From: Chiloscyllium plagiosum
Taxonomy: Eukaryota
Direction: 5' to 3'
Assembly: GCF_004010195.1 (NCBI RefSeq)
Contig: NC_057728.1
Location: forward strand, 52,468,401 to 52,532,400
DNA: 64,000 nucleotides
Shown here: piece after piece, positions 12,419 to 25,473 of the stretch
Layout of the letters: each line of letters begins with the position of its first letter
How positions within the stretch are numbered: position 1 is the stretch's first letter
Position numbers and translations under genes: made by a program
Notes under the pieces: generated by a model
Told to the model about the DNA's origin: nothing
What the model saw: the letters and a program-made list of their open reading frames with translations, nothing else
Database searches by the model: none

Positions 12419-12699
12419 TACCTGTCCTGCACACAAAATATTTTGCTGTACCTAGGTACGTGACAATAATACATCAAATCAAATCAAAACTTGTGAAATA
12501 CTCAGTCTTTTCTATTTTGGAGGAGAAAAGTCTACCTAAAGGGTTCGATTGTCTTGCTTTTCCTTGTCATTATAGGTTGGTTAGTCTATCAAACGCTATA
12601 TATATAAGCATTTTCCCTTAGCAGTTATCTATTTCAGATCACCTGCTTTTATTCCTGAGACGAATAGATTTGTTTTTATTTCTCTATTTGCTATTCCTG

Positions 12700-13178
12700 T
12701 GGGGACTGTTTGTCGAGGTAATGTACAAGCACGTGGGAGCAGGAATGCGGGCGATAACCTGGAGTCCGGACACTCTGGCTGCAGCCGACATGCCCCCGGG
12801 GCTGGGAGGGGAACGGACCGGAAATGAGTGGGCAGGGCTGTTCGGGGACGGACAGGAAGTGGGGGGCTGATGGGTGGGTGGGAGCTGGGCAGTTGCTTGG
12901 AGATGTCGCCGAACGGAGCTGCAAATTAAACAGAGCGGCGGGTGGAGCTTTGGAGCAAGGAGGAGTGCTGAAGAGGTAGCGGACGGGGGGGTATTGTAAT
13001 ATCTGATCGTGAAAAATGGAGGGACACATTGGGAGAGGGGGAACCTCGGGACGACTAACTCTTTATTCAAAGCATTGACCGTCTTTGCTCCGTGCCCCTG
13101 GCCCTCTTTCCACTTAGCTCTTTGTCGTATATTTTCTGGGACGACCTGATGGCGCGACTGACCCTGGAAGTCTCCAGG
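12700..13178 (+). promoter_or_regulatory. TMTC3: Putative TMTC3 promoter and first exon(s) (GC/CpG-rich)
   Basis: GC/CpG-rich patch; E-box CACGTG 12730-12735, ETS-like ACCGGAAAT 12817-12825 and ACAGGAAGT 12852-12860; strong donor AGG|gtgagt at 13178/13179. Confidence 0.6.
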
Positions 13179-16100
13179 GTGAGTTGGAGTGGGTCTGCAA
13201 GTGAGTGGTAGAGAGATGATAAGAGCTAATGATTGTGGATGCTGGAAGTCTGAAGTAAAAAAAAAAGGGTGCTGGGTAAACCCAGCTATCTGGCAACATA
13301 TGTGGAGAGAAACAGAGTCAATGTTTCGAATCCAGTATGACTTTAGAACTGAGGTGCTGGAAAATTGTGTTTTTAATATTGTGGAAGGAGGAGCAAGTGG
13401 AACATATTGTTAACAACAAAACCAGAAATTGCTGGAAAGACTCCCGTCTGGCAGGATCTGATGAGAGAAATGAGAGTTGACCTTTCTTCAGAACTCAAGA
13501 CAAAGCGAGTGATAATGATGCTGGGTGAAAAAGAAATGTGAAATAGGTGTAAACATCAGCTGTTGGAAAGAGAAACTGGGTCAAATCTGCAAAGAGCAAA
13601 GCCCATTAGAAATGCAGGGGGACGAAGAAAAAGAGAGGACAGGGTTCATACACTGAAGTTGTGGAACCCAATATTAAGTCCTAGAGGCTGTGTCTTAAGG
13701 GAGAATGAGGTATTGTACCTCCAATATGTATTGAATTTCATTGGAACGCTGTCATAGTTCCAACATAATATGTTAGCCTGGGAGCAAGATGGATTGTTGA
13801 AATGGCAAGCAGCTGGAAGGGAGATTGTGTTGTGACTCAACAAGAGAAATTCTACTTAACTTTATTTCTATCTTACTCAGGCTATTATGATGCTAAGATT
13901 TCTCAGCCCAGTCCTGTTGAAACTACTCTCACACACCTTCATATCCTCTCTCTCCCTGACCAACCCCACCTCTCTACTCGAGGTGTGTCTCATTTTGTTT
14001 TCATAGGATTGAACATCCCAATTTTGGGGAAATAAGTAATGGGGCTCTAGTGGACTGAAGGGCAGCATGATGAGGTAGGGGAGATGAAACTTTAGGGAGA
14101 GATTAGGGACCAGACCAAGATGACCAACTGACATAGGATAAAATAGGCCACACTTGACTGAGGGGAAGTCAGCACTGGTAACCTTAGCAGGGTATCCGTC
14201 TTTCACAGGTTGTGCTTAAAAATAAAGGTTAAAAGTCTCCCTTAAGGAGTGTAGATCGGTCAAACAAAGACACTCCGTTGTAATATAGGATAGTTGGTTA
14301 CCCTGGGGACTGGACTGAATGCCCAGAAACAAAACCTGAAGGCAGTTCATATAAGTCTGGCACTGATGTGCCAACTGTCAAACAAGTATTGTCCTGTGAG
14401 ATGAGATTGAGTGGATTAGGTTTTATAATCCCTGGAGTTTAGAATATTGAAAGATGCAGGTACCCTTTCAAGACACAGACCATCCTGGCTTAGAACTGTT
14501 AACAACATTCCTTGACTTCACCAGGTCAAAGATCCTGGTGTGTAGCTTCACCAGATGGACTGCAGCAATTTAATGAGGCAACTCGCCACTATCTTCCCAA
14601 AGAGAACAAATGCTGGCTTTGTCAGCAATGTCCACGTCAGTTGAAAAAGTAACATAAAAATCTCTTTGATATATAAAAAGTTGTGTTTAACAGGGTAAAT
14701 ATGAAGAAAATCTTTCTCCTAACTAGACAGTTTAGAATATAAGGACTTGAATCTTGGACTAAGGAGTTAATTACTTAGGTCTGTGATGAGAAATATCTGC
14801 ACTCAGAGGGTTGAGAGTGTTCTGAATTCTGTACCCCAGAGAGCTGTAGATGCTTAATCGGTGGATATGTTTAAAAACAGAGGTTAATAGAATTTTTGGT
14901 ACAAGATATTTGGAGATAGTCTCAGTAAGTAGAGTTGATCGAGAAGATTAGCCATGGTTTTGTTGTATGGCAGAGCAGACTCTCAATGGGCTTCAAGGCT
15001 ACTCCAGCTCTGACTTAGTGTTCTTAGATGTTACTTTTATTTTATAAATTGACTTACTTTGACAGGACTTGTACAGTAGCAAATTACAGAGAGAGAGTGA
15101 GACTGTTAAACAGCTGAACATTACAAAGAACATAGTTACCACAAACTGGTCTCAAATTGTAATAATCTGTAACAGTATTATCACTTGTATGGTCTGCGTA
15201 ACTGCATGCACTGCATTTGGTTTCCTTCTAGTTTACAAGTGTTGCTGGGATGCTCCAGTTGTTAATAGGATGACTTCAGGAAACAGTGGGTGGAACATAT
15301 GTAGACAAGGAAAACAGATGTTTGAGCAAGCTCTGAACGATTTGAGCTTGTCACAGCCTGAAAAATGCAGTATGATGCTAAGATGGAGGATATTTACTAA
15401 TTGTTACAAAGTTAGACCCTGCTGCTTAAAGTTTAACGTGTTTTGATTGTGCAGCTTGATGATTTCATAGTCGGACTTGCTGAAGGTTAGATAGGTTAGA
15501 TTCTACTCCAGACAATCCCGTGAGAAAGTAACATCTATAGTTCTAAGGGTTCATCTATTTTCATTATCAACACTTGGTAGCATTTTTGTACATGAAGAGG
15601 AAGTTTATGGGTCCGAGTCCTATTCATAAATGTGGTGGCAGTGAGCTGTTAACACCACTCAATAACCATACTTCCAGACAAATGATCTAGGGATATGGAT
15701 TCAAATCCTGGTTGTTAATGGAATTTGAATTCAATTGTAAATCTGAAATATAAAGCATCTCTTTAATGATGGCACAAAACTAACATTGATTTGCTTTAGA
15801 AATTCATCTGGTACACTACCATCGTCTGAGAAGAAAGTTTGCCTTCCTGACTGCATGTGACTCCAGAAGAATAACAGATTTGTCTGCCTTCTGAAATGGC
15901 CCAGCATGTCACTTAGTTCAAGGGAAATAGGGGATGGGCAACAAATACTGACCTTATCAGCTATGTCCACAAGATAAAAAGGAGGAAAATATCTCAAATT
16001 CTATAATAATGCTCCAGTGCAATACTGAGATTAACCTACATACAAGTGCCATCTTTTGGATGAGCTATTACAACAAAGGCCTCTTAAATGGCAATAAACG

Positions 16101-19100
16101 CTTCTGAGACAGCTTCAGACAAAAACAGGGGAATTATCCTTGATTTCATAGTAATATGAATCACTTAAACAATATTATTTTTACTAAAACAGCTCAAATG
16201 ATCTCATTACTGTTTGTAGGAGCTTGCTATGTGCAAGTTGATTAATCTTTCCACAGAAAGTAGGGATGTTATTCATTACACAGAATGTTGGTAAGAACGG
16301 ATTGGATTATTGTGTATTGGCCTCCTTATTTAAGGAAGGATTTAAATACTTTTGAAGCAGTTCACAGAATATTTACGAGATGAATAGGGGAAGGGGCACC
16401 ATGTGGTATGATGAAAAATTAAACAAGCGAAGCTTATATCTGCTGGAGTTTGGAAAAGTAAGAGGTAACTTGATTGAATTACGCAAGATCCTGAGAGGTC
16501 TTGACACAGTGCATGTAGAGGGGATGTTTCCTCTTAGAGATTTTAGAACTGGGGGCGCTGTTTAAAGATTATTGTTTTTAAAAAAAACTCCCATTTAAGA
16601 TAAGTCGGACAAATATTTTCTCACAGAGGGTTGACAGTATTTGGAACTCTAACTTAAGAGTAGCGGATGATGAGTCTTTCTATATTTTTAATATAGAAGT
16701 GCATAGATTCTTGTGAGAAAGGATGTGGAAGATTATCAGGGTAAAGGGGAATTAGAGTCCCTAGAGCTGTGAGCAGAGCAGGCTGAAGGTGCTGAGTAGC
16801 CCAGTCCCCCTAATTTGTATGTTGCTATGACTACACTACATAAAGTATATGGAGAGGAATCAACAACAATATATCATTTCTGTCTATGCTTGGCGTAATA
16901 AAACATCCCAGGATGATTCACAGAAACATTATCAAAACAAATTTAACATCAAAATTTTGGGAGATGACAGAAAGCCTGTCAAAGATGTAGGTTTGAAGGA
17001 ATGTCTTAAAAATAAGTGGAAGGTGTGACTGCTAATGTCGAGCATTTAAAGTTAAGGATGTTGAAGAGCCAGAGTTGGAGTTACATTAATATTTTGAAAG
17101 GCTTGGACAATTTATGGACTTGAAAGGAAATTTGAAAACTGAAATGGGAGCTTTAAAAGTAGGATGTTGCTTAATTAAGAGTTAGTGTTCAGCAAGCCCA
17201 GGGCTAACAGGTGGATAGGACTTAAGTGTGAGTAGGAACATGGACAGCAACAACGGGAATAGAAGGATAGGCTGTCAGGATCTACATATTTGTCCTGTAT
17301 GAATTTTTACAGTCAGCTGAACAGGCTCATGCTGTGCATTAATTAAAATTATAATTTAATTGTATAACTTGGTTATCCATTTTACAGAACCACCATTAAG
17401 CTAGGGATATAGTGTCATAACTAGACTACTAATCAAGAGACAAACAGAAAGAAGCTCAGCAGAGCTGGCAGCATCCTAGAAAGAGAAGCAGAGTTAACAA
17501 TTTGAGTGCCATGACCCTTCATTGGATGCTGCCAGACCTGCTGAGTTTCTTCACTATTTGTATTCAAGTTTCCAGCATCTCCAGCTCGCTCTTTTTGTTG
17601 TAATAGTCCAGAGATTTGGGCTAATGATTCAGAGAGACAGTTTAGATCCCACCACAGAAGTTCATGAGCTCAAATTTAATCAATAAAAGACTACAGTCAG
17701 TAATGGTGACAGTCTGTAATACAACCAAAACAACTTGCATGAAACCTTCAATGAAGTGCAACAACTCGAGGTGTTTCATAATGATACAAAATTTGACCCT
17801 GGACCGAAGATGTTGTTAGCACAGGTAACCAACGTTTTTGACAAAGAGCATTTTGAATCAAAGCAAACGTTTAGGGGATTAAGTTTGGGGCCAATAGCCC
17901 AGTAACAGAAGGCATGGCCATCACTGGTCAAGCAATGATTCTGATTCTGTGTCACAGATCCAGAGACATTAACTCCATTTCTCTGCAGGGATGCTGCCAG
18001 ACCTGAGTGTTTCCAGCTTTTGTGTTATTTTATTTCAGACTTCTAGCATACTTTAGGGGGGTTTTGATTTCATAGAGCAATGAATATTGAGGAGGGTTGA
18101 CGCCATTGGAGAGATTTAAAAACAAACTAGTAAAGACCATTGAAAACACACAGGTCATGGGTGAGTGGCCCTTGATGGATATTAGGGTTAGAGAAGCAGA
18201 GTTTCTGGAGTGGTAGAACATGAATTATCCAACTGTGTGATGGAATAATCAACTGTGGGCATTGATGAGAGTTAGAACAGATCACCTGAGCCTGGAGCAG
18301 AAGTGCCTATTCTCCCAGAGGTAGAAGTAGGCTGTCTTGGTGCTGGATAGGATAGGATGTTGAAGCTCAATTCAGAACTAAGTAAGGCTGTGGGTGATCT
18401 TAAGTCGTGAATTGTAACTAGGGAATGGAGTTTATGCTAACAGATGTAGACTACGGTTTCAGACTTTGTGATATTTAGTTGAATAAAATTTCTACTCTTT
18501 GGACAACCTGGTTTTTCCCCAACACAGGCAATGGAGAAGTTGAGTAAGATGTGAGTAAGATTGAGTGATGCAGGATAAAATTGAGCTGCACATTGTCAAA
18601 GTATGAGTAGAATCTGTTGCTTGTGAATGATGTCACCCAGGGGAAGGATATGGATGAGAAAGGGACCACTGACAAATCCAGGGAGAATTGATATGTACCT
18701 GACTGCAAAGATATAAATTAAAGCTACGCATGCTGTTTGCATGAATCTTCCTCCATTGAAAAGAAGGAACTTGTATTTTTATGGCTGCTTTCACTACCTC
18801 AGGACCCCTGAAAGTGCTTTGCAGCCAATTAAGTCTCTTCGGAAACACAGCACAGGAGATCAACCCTTTAAGCCTGTTCAATGAGATGTTCCACTACAGT
18901 ACATAATATAGGGTTGGAAATAGTTTTAAAAAGCACCTCTTTAAACTAATAAAATTGTATCAGTTAACCACTTACATGTGTGGTTACTAAAACTAAAATA
19001 CTGATATATTTCTTTGAGCTCTGTAGTTTAAATTATACTTAACAATGATGAAAAACCGCTATGAGGAAATTCACAGAACAACTGTTTTACATATCCTCAA

Positions 19101-20902
19101 ACATGAATGCCTTTCCAAATATGTTACTTTTATGTTGCATTTTCTCCAATCTGTTTAAAAGTTAACCACAATATATTACTGATTAATGTTATTTTCCAGT
19201 GATAATACTGTGATATATATAAAACCACAGTACATATTGTAGTTACTAATTTGTGCACAAAGGGTCACCAAATGGAAATGGAATACTCTGAGAGCGAGAC
19301 AGACATGGCTTTGGTCAAAGGTTCTATCAGTTATATGGTACCTCTGACACTTCCAACTTGAAAGTTTTCCCTCCTCAGTCAGTCCCTCTGATTTGAGGAT
19401 GACTTGCTTCTATCCCACTTTGGTTTTTGAGATGACTGATAAGTTCACTGTCTGCGATCTCAGTGTCTGCTGTGTGGGGCAAGTGGTGCTGCAAGAGGTA
19501 AGTAGATGAGTCTTGAGATTTGTGTGCTCCATCCAATAGGACTTGACTTGCACTCTTGTATTAACTTACTTCAGATTTGAAGCACAGAATCATTATCACC
19601 AACAATTATAAATTAACTTCAGGCTGCTGAAAACTGAAGTGGTCCAAATAATGTATAATCAAAGAACATTGCTGAGCAGTAGAATTTTCTGTCAAAAGTA
19701 GGTATAAAAACAAAATTAGATTTGTATAGCAGATGATGCAAGTTTAGGACAGATTACACAGCAATGATATTCTTACGGTATTCACCATTGTTATGAGCGA
19801 GAAAATATTCCATACAGCCACGTCCCATAAGCATCAATGTGTTAACAACCAGGTCATCTGTTTAAAAGGATAAATTATTTTCTAGGTACAGTATATCCTG
19901 TGGGTGACGTTTAGCTCAATCACTTGCCCTGTTGCACTACTCCATCATCCTCTGAGAATGAGGATTATTTTAAACCATTGGTAGTCTGATCCGTTTCATT
20001 AGTTATTGACCCTATTTGAGAGATGCAGCTGTTGGGTGCTGGTTTGGAGCAGCAAACATGATGGGATGTAGGCAACGCTCCCTAAATGAGCATTTGTTGC
20101 TCATTCCCAATTGTCTTTGCTCAATTATTTCTGAGGGCAGTTAAGAGTCACCCACATTTCTGTGGATCTGGAGTAATATGTAGGTCAGGGCAGCAAAGGA
20201 TAGCAGATTTCTTTCCCTAAAGATTTGTTTTCCAAAATGTAATGACAACCCTGGTCACTATCATCAAGGCTAGCTTTTTGTTTCAAACTTTAATTAAAGT
20301 TAAATTCCATGCCACAGTGGATTTTGAACATCTCTTCCCACAGCCTTGGCTGGGCCTCTGCATTGATTCAATGACGCTATCGCATGGCCCCTGCTTCCCA
20401 TAGTGAAGTCTGAGGAATCTGACCTGTGTAGATGTCAGTTAGTTGTGGATCTGCTTATTGTTCGACAAGCTTATTGATTAGAGTGCTTCATACCTGGAGC
20501 CAATCTGTGATGGTATTTTTGTGTGGAGTAGTGTTCTAAATAACACATTTTTAATCAAAAAAGTACAACATATTTCCAGAAAATCTTCATAGGTTTGGAT
20601 CTCCTATGCAAATATTTTTAGGAGGTTCAAACACCTATTAATGAGGTTATGTTTGCTCATGAGTCTTGTGAGTTTGTTTGTGTACAAGGTACATTGGAGA
20701 AATGCTCAGGAAACCAAGTCTGTTCACAAAGGATGACAAAGCTGTTGTGTGACCTGCTTTAAAGTGGTACCTCCATTTTGGAACAGCAGGAGTCCCTTCC
20801 CCAATATTTTCTGTCAGCTTGCAGTGAGCTTTGGTGGACTGTTTCTGCTTAGTTCCAAGTTATGCTGAAACACAGATGTGGGATGAATAGTTCAGTGTAG
20901 AA

Positions 20903-21950
20903 TGAATTGAACTGAATTAAGTTTATTGTCACATGTACCGAAACACAGTGAAAAGCTTTGTCTTGCACGTAATACAGGCAGATCACAGAGTTAAGTAGCA
21001 TAGATAGTAAATAATAGGTAAACAGTGCCAAAAACAAAAACACAGGAAACGGTGAATGTTTAAGAGTTTTTGAGTCCATTCAGTATTCTAACAATAGTAA
21101 GGTAGAAACTTTTGCGAAACCAGCTTATGCATGTGTTCAAGCTTCTGTACCTTCTCCCCGATAGTAGAGGTTATAGAAAAACTTTGCCAGGGTGGGATGG
21201 ATCTTAAAGAATGCTGGCAGCCTTTCCTTGACAGCGGGCCTGGAAGATGGATTCTGTAGATGGGAGGTTGGCCTTTGTGACCGTCCGGGCCAAGTTCACC
21301 ACTCTCTGTAACTATCTCTGATCTTGAATGGTACAGTTGCCATACCAGGGAGTGATACACCCAGACAGAATGCTCTCAATGGCGCACCTATAAAAGTTGG
21401 CAAGGGTATTCACCATCATGCCAAATTTTTTCAGCTGCTTGAGGAAGAAGAGATGTTGTTGGGTCTTTGTAACCAGTGCGTCCACATGAAGAGTCCAAGA
21501 AAGCATGTTGTGGATGACCACTCCCAGGAGCTTGACACTCTCCACTCATTCCACCTCTGTGCTGTTAATGTGTAGGGGAGCATGAGTAATATCCCGCCAA
21601 AAGTCAATAATGAGTTCCTTGGTTTTGCCGGCATTGAGAGCTAGGTTCTCTGTACCATTTTTCCAGGTCTTCCACCTCCCCTCTATAGTCTGTTTCGTCG
21701 CCATCTGAGATTTGACCGACTATGGTGGTGTCATCAGCGAACTTGTGAATGGCATTAGTCTGGTATTTGGCGACACAGTCATGGGTATACAGTGAGTACA
21801 GTAGGGGGCTGAGTATGCAACCCCTAGGTGACTCCAGTGTTGAGTGTTAGTGAGGATGAAATATTATCCCCTATCTTCACTGATAGTTTCCTGACCCACA
21901 GGCTACAGAGGATCCAGTTGCAGAGAGTGCGGCTTAGTCCGAGATCATTA
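20903..21950 (-). mobile_element. Rex1/Babar copy, same subfamily as 4072-5440
   Basis: Colinear and highly similar to about 4075-5120, including the 3' tail. Confidence 0.85.
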
Positions 21951-22601
21951 CGTTTAGGAAGCAATAGGTACCTTTTTGTATTAATTCCTCAAGTGAGGGC
22001 TTTGGTAAATAAGGTCTGCTTTTATTGCCATCCCAAATTGCTCTTGAGAAGTTGGAGGTCCTGTTCTTCTGACTTTAACCATCTGTAGACCATATAGTAT
22101 AGGTACATCACTGATATGTCACCTAAAGGGAAGCTTCAAGGTGTTGCCAGCACCTTCTGTCCTGTTCTTCCAGGTGGTAGAGGTGTTGAAAAATACTGTT
22201 TAAGTTCAAGCTGGTTGTGCACAATGTATTCTGCTTCAGTGGTGGTGGATGCAATGCTAATCATGTAGGCTACTTTGCACAGAATGGTGTTGTGCTTCTT
22301 GAGTGTTGTAGCTGCTAGCAGTCGGCAAGTGGAAGATATTCCATCACACTCTTTACTTGTGGTCTGTAAGTAGCAGACAGCTTTTGATAACAAAGAAGTG
22401 AGTTACTTTCCGCAGAGTTCCTAACGTGTGACACTTTTGTAGCCGCATTATTTATGACACTGGTCCTGTTAAGTTTCTATTCAAACTGAAAAAAATTACC
22501 AAAGCTTTATATTGTGGGTTCTGCTTAATTTATTTCATAAAGGAGGTGGAAACAAAAACTTCTTAAAATATTATTTCTGTTTTCTGCAGCAGCCTGTGAG
22601 A

Positions 22602-22790
22602 ATGGCTGAGTTGAGCTGGAAGGAGGTAGTTTTGTTGACAGCAGTAGTGACAGTTTGTTACTGGAACAGCACACATTGTGGGTTTGTTTTTGATGATGTC
22701 TCTGCCATTCTGGATAACAAAGACTTGCATCCTTCAACACCCTTGAAGAACTTATTTCACAATGACTTCTGGGGAACTCCTATGAATGAG
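22602..22790 (+). CDS. TMTC3: TMTC3 (protein O-mannosyltransferase, transmembrane and TPR repeat-containing 3) exon 2
   Basis: [10 protein letters not shown]...[38 protein letters not shown], with the GT-C DD motif; cagcag acceptor 22587-22592, |gtaata donor; 189 nt. Confidence 0.97.
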
Positions 22791-25119
22791 GTAATACAAT
22801 TTCTGCTGTTATCTTAAAAAATCTTGCATTTCACTGTCATCTTTGTGCTTAATTTTTAACAAATGTTTTTAAAGTGGATTTAAAACTTTGTTTAACATCT
22901 ACTGTATATTGTTAATGTTAATTAGATATCCAGTCAATATTTGATAATAACCATATCTGGTCCTACCCTCATGGAATTGAGGTTTGTGGCAAAGATCAGT
23001 CTTGATCCTTGAATGGAAATATAAGCTTAAGTGACGTATTCCAGCTTCTATTTTTATTTTCTTTCAAGATCATCTGGAATTCCTATGGATTGTAGCATGT
23101 ACAAAACAATTGGCAGGTTTTCATCCAATGACTGTTCCAGTGCTTTCCTGGCCATTCTCCCATTTTCCACACCCCTTCAACCTGGACTGATGCAAAACTC
23201 TGCGAATTCACATTACCTTCCATTCTTCTACCACCCTGTGCTCATGGAACTGCCTTGGTTCCCCTTTCATCAATGTTTCAAATCTAACATTCTTATCCCT
23301 TGGCCAGGTCCCTCCCAGGCATTGTCCCTTTCTATTTCTATAATCCCCTCCAACCTTTCTTGACCTCTGCTCCTCCAATTCCCACCTGCTATGTATTCCT
23401 GATTTCCTTCATTTGGCCACTGGACCTGTGAACCCACTCTGCCAATTGATAAAATCATGGCAGGTCCACATTCCTGCCTGTCCCTGATAATTGTTCATCT
23501 CTCCTCAAGAATCCATCTTATGCTCAAAATATCCAGACTGCTTTTACTGCCTTTTAAAGTAGTGTTTCAGTGACTCATGACCCTCTGAGAAAAACGTTTC
23601 TCCTCATCTTTGTTTTAAATGTGCAACTCCATGTTTTCAGTATCATTCCCCCGGTTCTAGATTCTCCCTGAAGAAGATGCATTCTTTCCACATGCTTCCA
23701 GTCAAGACCCCTCCGATCTTGTGTGTTTCAGTTGAGTCACCTCTTCCTTTACTAAACTCTTACAAGCCTAACCCATTCAGCATTTTCTCACAGGAGAACT
23801 CCCCAACTCCAGGTATCAATCTCTTAAAACTTTGTCTGAACTACTCCCAATGCAGTTACATCTTCCCATACATAAGAAGGACAATAATGTACATTATACT
23901 CTAAATGTAGTCTTACTGATGGCCTGTTTAATTGATGCATAGCCTCCTTTTTCATTTCATGTCAACTTTGTTGCTGCTCAGATGTTGCCTGACTTGCTGT
24001 GCTTTTTCCAGTGCCATGCTTTTTAACTCTGCCTCTCCAGCATCTACAGTTTTCACTTTATCCTTTTTTTAATCCTTTCCCCTTGCTATGAACAAGGCCA
24101 CTGGTTTTTCTTTAATTACTTACTGCGCTCGCAATTCATGCAGTAAGACACCAAGATCCCTCTGCATCTCTGATGCACCGAGGAATTCTGTCCCCAGGTG
24201 AAAGTGAGGACTGCAGATACTGATGAAAGGCTATGCTCGAAGCATCGATTCTCCTGCTCCTTGGATGCTGCCGGACTGGCTGTGCTTTTCTAGCATCACA
24301 CTCTTCGACTCAGTTCTCTTCCCCCAGCCAACAATAGAGACTGGGTCTTTGATTCTGTTTGAGGCTGAGGTAATCAAATCTTAGACAATTGAGTTTCGAG
24401 TAAGGGATGTAGGCAGAAAAGCAGACTTGAGGGCACAACCAGATCAATCATGAACTTATGGAATGGTGAAGGACCCAACTCCTTTATTTAAAGAAGAAAG
24501 AAACTCAGCCTGTCAAACCTTTCCTGATGTTTGTACCCATTTATTTCTGCTATCGTCCTTGTAAATGTTCTCTCTGCACTCCAAAATGCCTCTAATCCTT
24601 TTTGTCATATTACAAGCAGAACGCAAAACCACCTGACCTTTCATTCTAGTGTTCGAGATAGGAAGCTTTGCTTTGATTTGTTTTTTAATAGCCTTTCTAA
24701 CCTCTGGTGTAACCTTGTGATAGGTGTACTTTTACTCTTAGCTCCCTTGGTTCCTCTACCCACCACCATCCAAATAATGTGGCCTCTCTCTTCTTCCACT
24801 CAAAATGTACCATTTTTGAAACAAGTGTTCACGAGATTCCAAAATTAATATTTTTCCATTCTCCTCATTGTTCTCCATTTGTGCTAATTTTGTGTCTCCT
24901 CTGTATAAGTAATCTGTTGCTGTTTAATAATCTATTATTACTTAATCTTTACTGCTTAATCTAATACAGCTTACTTTATATACTTCAACATCATGATTTT
25001 TCTCAGGCCATTTCTTGCCACCAATAACATCTCAAGCTTCTCTTCATAGCTTTAAGTTCCATCTTTAATGACATCCTTGTGAACTTGCATTGCCTCTTAG
25101 TGCTATTGTCAGATCCTCC

Positions 25120-25473
25120 TGTCGTCCCATTTCCTTCCCTCAGTCAAAGCAAAACACTCAGATACAGTATAGTTTTACCTCCTTCATCTTTATGCAACAG
25201 CCAACTGCTTTTGCACCATGAATAACTGACTTCACATAATAAATACTTTTCACTTTGTTAAACTGACCTCTCATACTGAATGCTTGCAATATTGTTAAAT
25301 AGCTCTACATAATGACTGCTTTTCCACCTTGTTAACCCATTGTCCTTGCCTGCCGTGTCCATTGTTAACTGTAAGTTCTCATCTGATCTGAGTCATGTTC
25401 AGCTGAAACTCTTCTTTCACAAAACTCCGAATTTAACTCTTTCCCTACCTGCTTATACCCTATACACTTCTCA
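25120..25473 (-). repeat. 3' LTR (354 bp, about 160 bp internal deletion)
   Basis: Starts TGAGAAG directly after the PPT, ends GACA before the TSD; both ends align to the 5' LTR, the middle is missing. Confidence 0.88.

Larger units (their letters stand above)
11130..12488 (+). mobile_element. Old Rex1/Babar 3' remnant interrupted by Penelope (11209-11670) and CR1 (11858-12418)
   Basis: CTIESILS/YGN motif split by the Penelope TSD; tail gtgacaataatacatcaaatcaaatcaaa at about 12460-12488. Confidence 0.65.

Noticed and set aside
12684..13070. 112-128 aa minus-strand ORFs
   Set aside because: Pro/Ser-rich by-products of the GC-rich promoter; no recognisable domain
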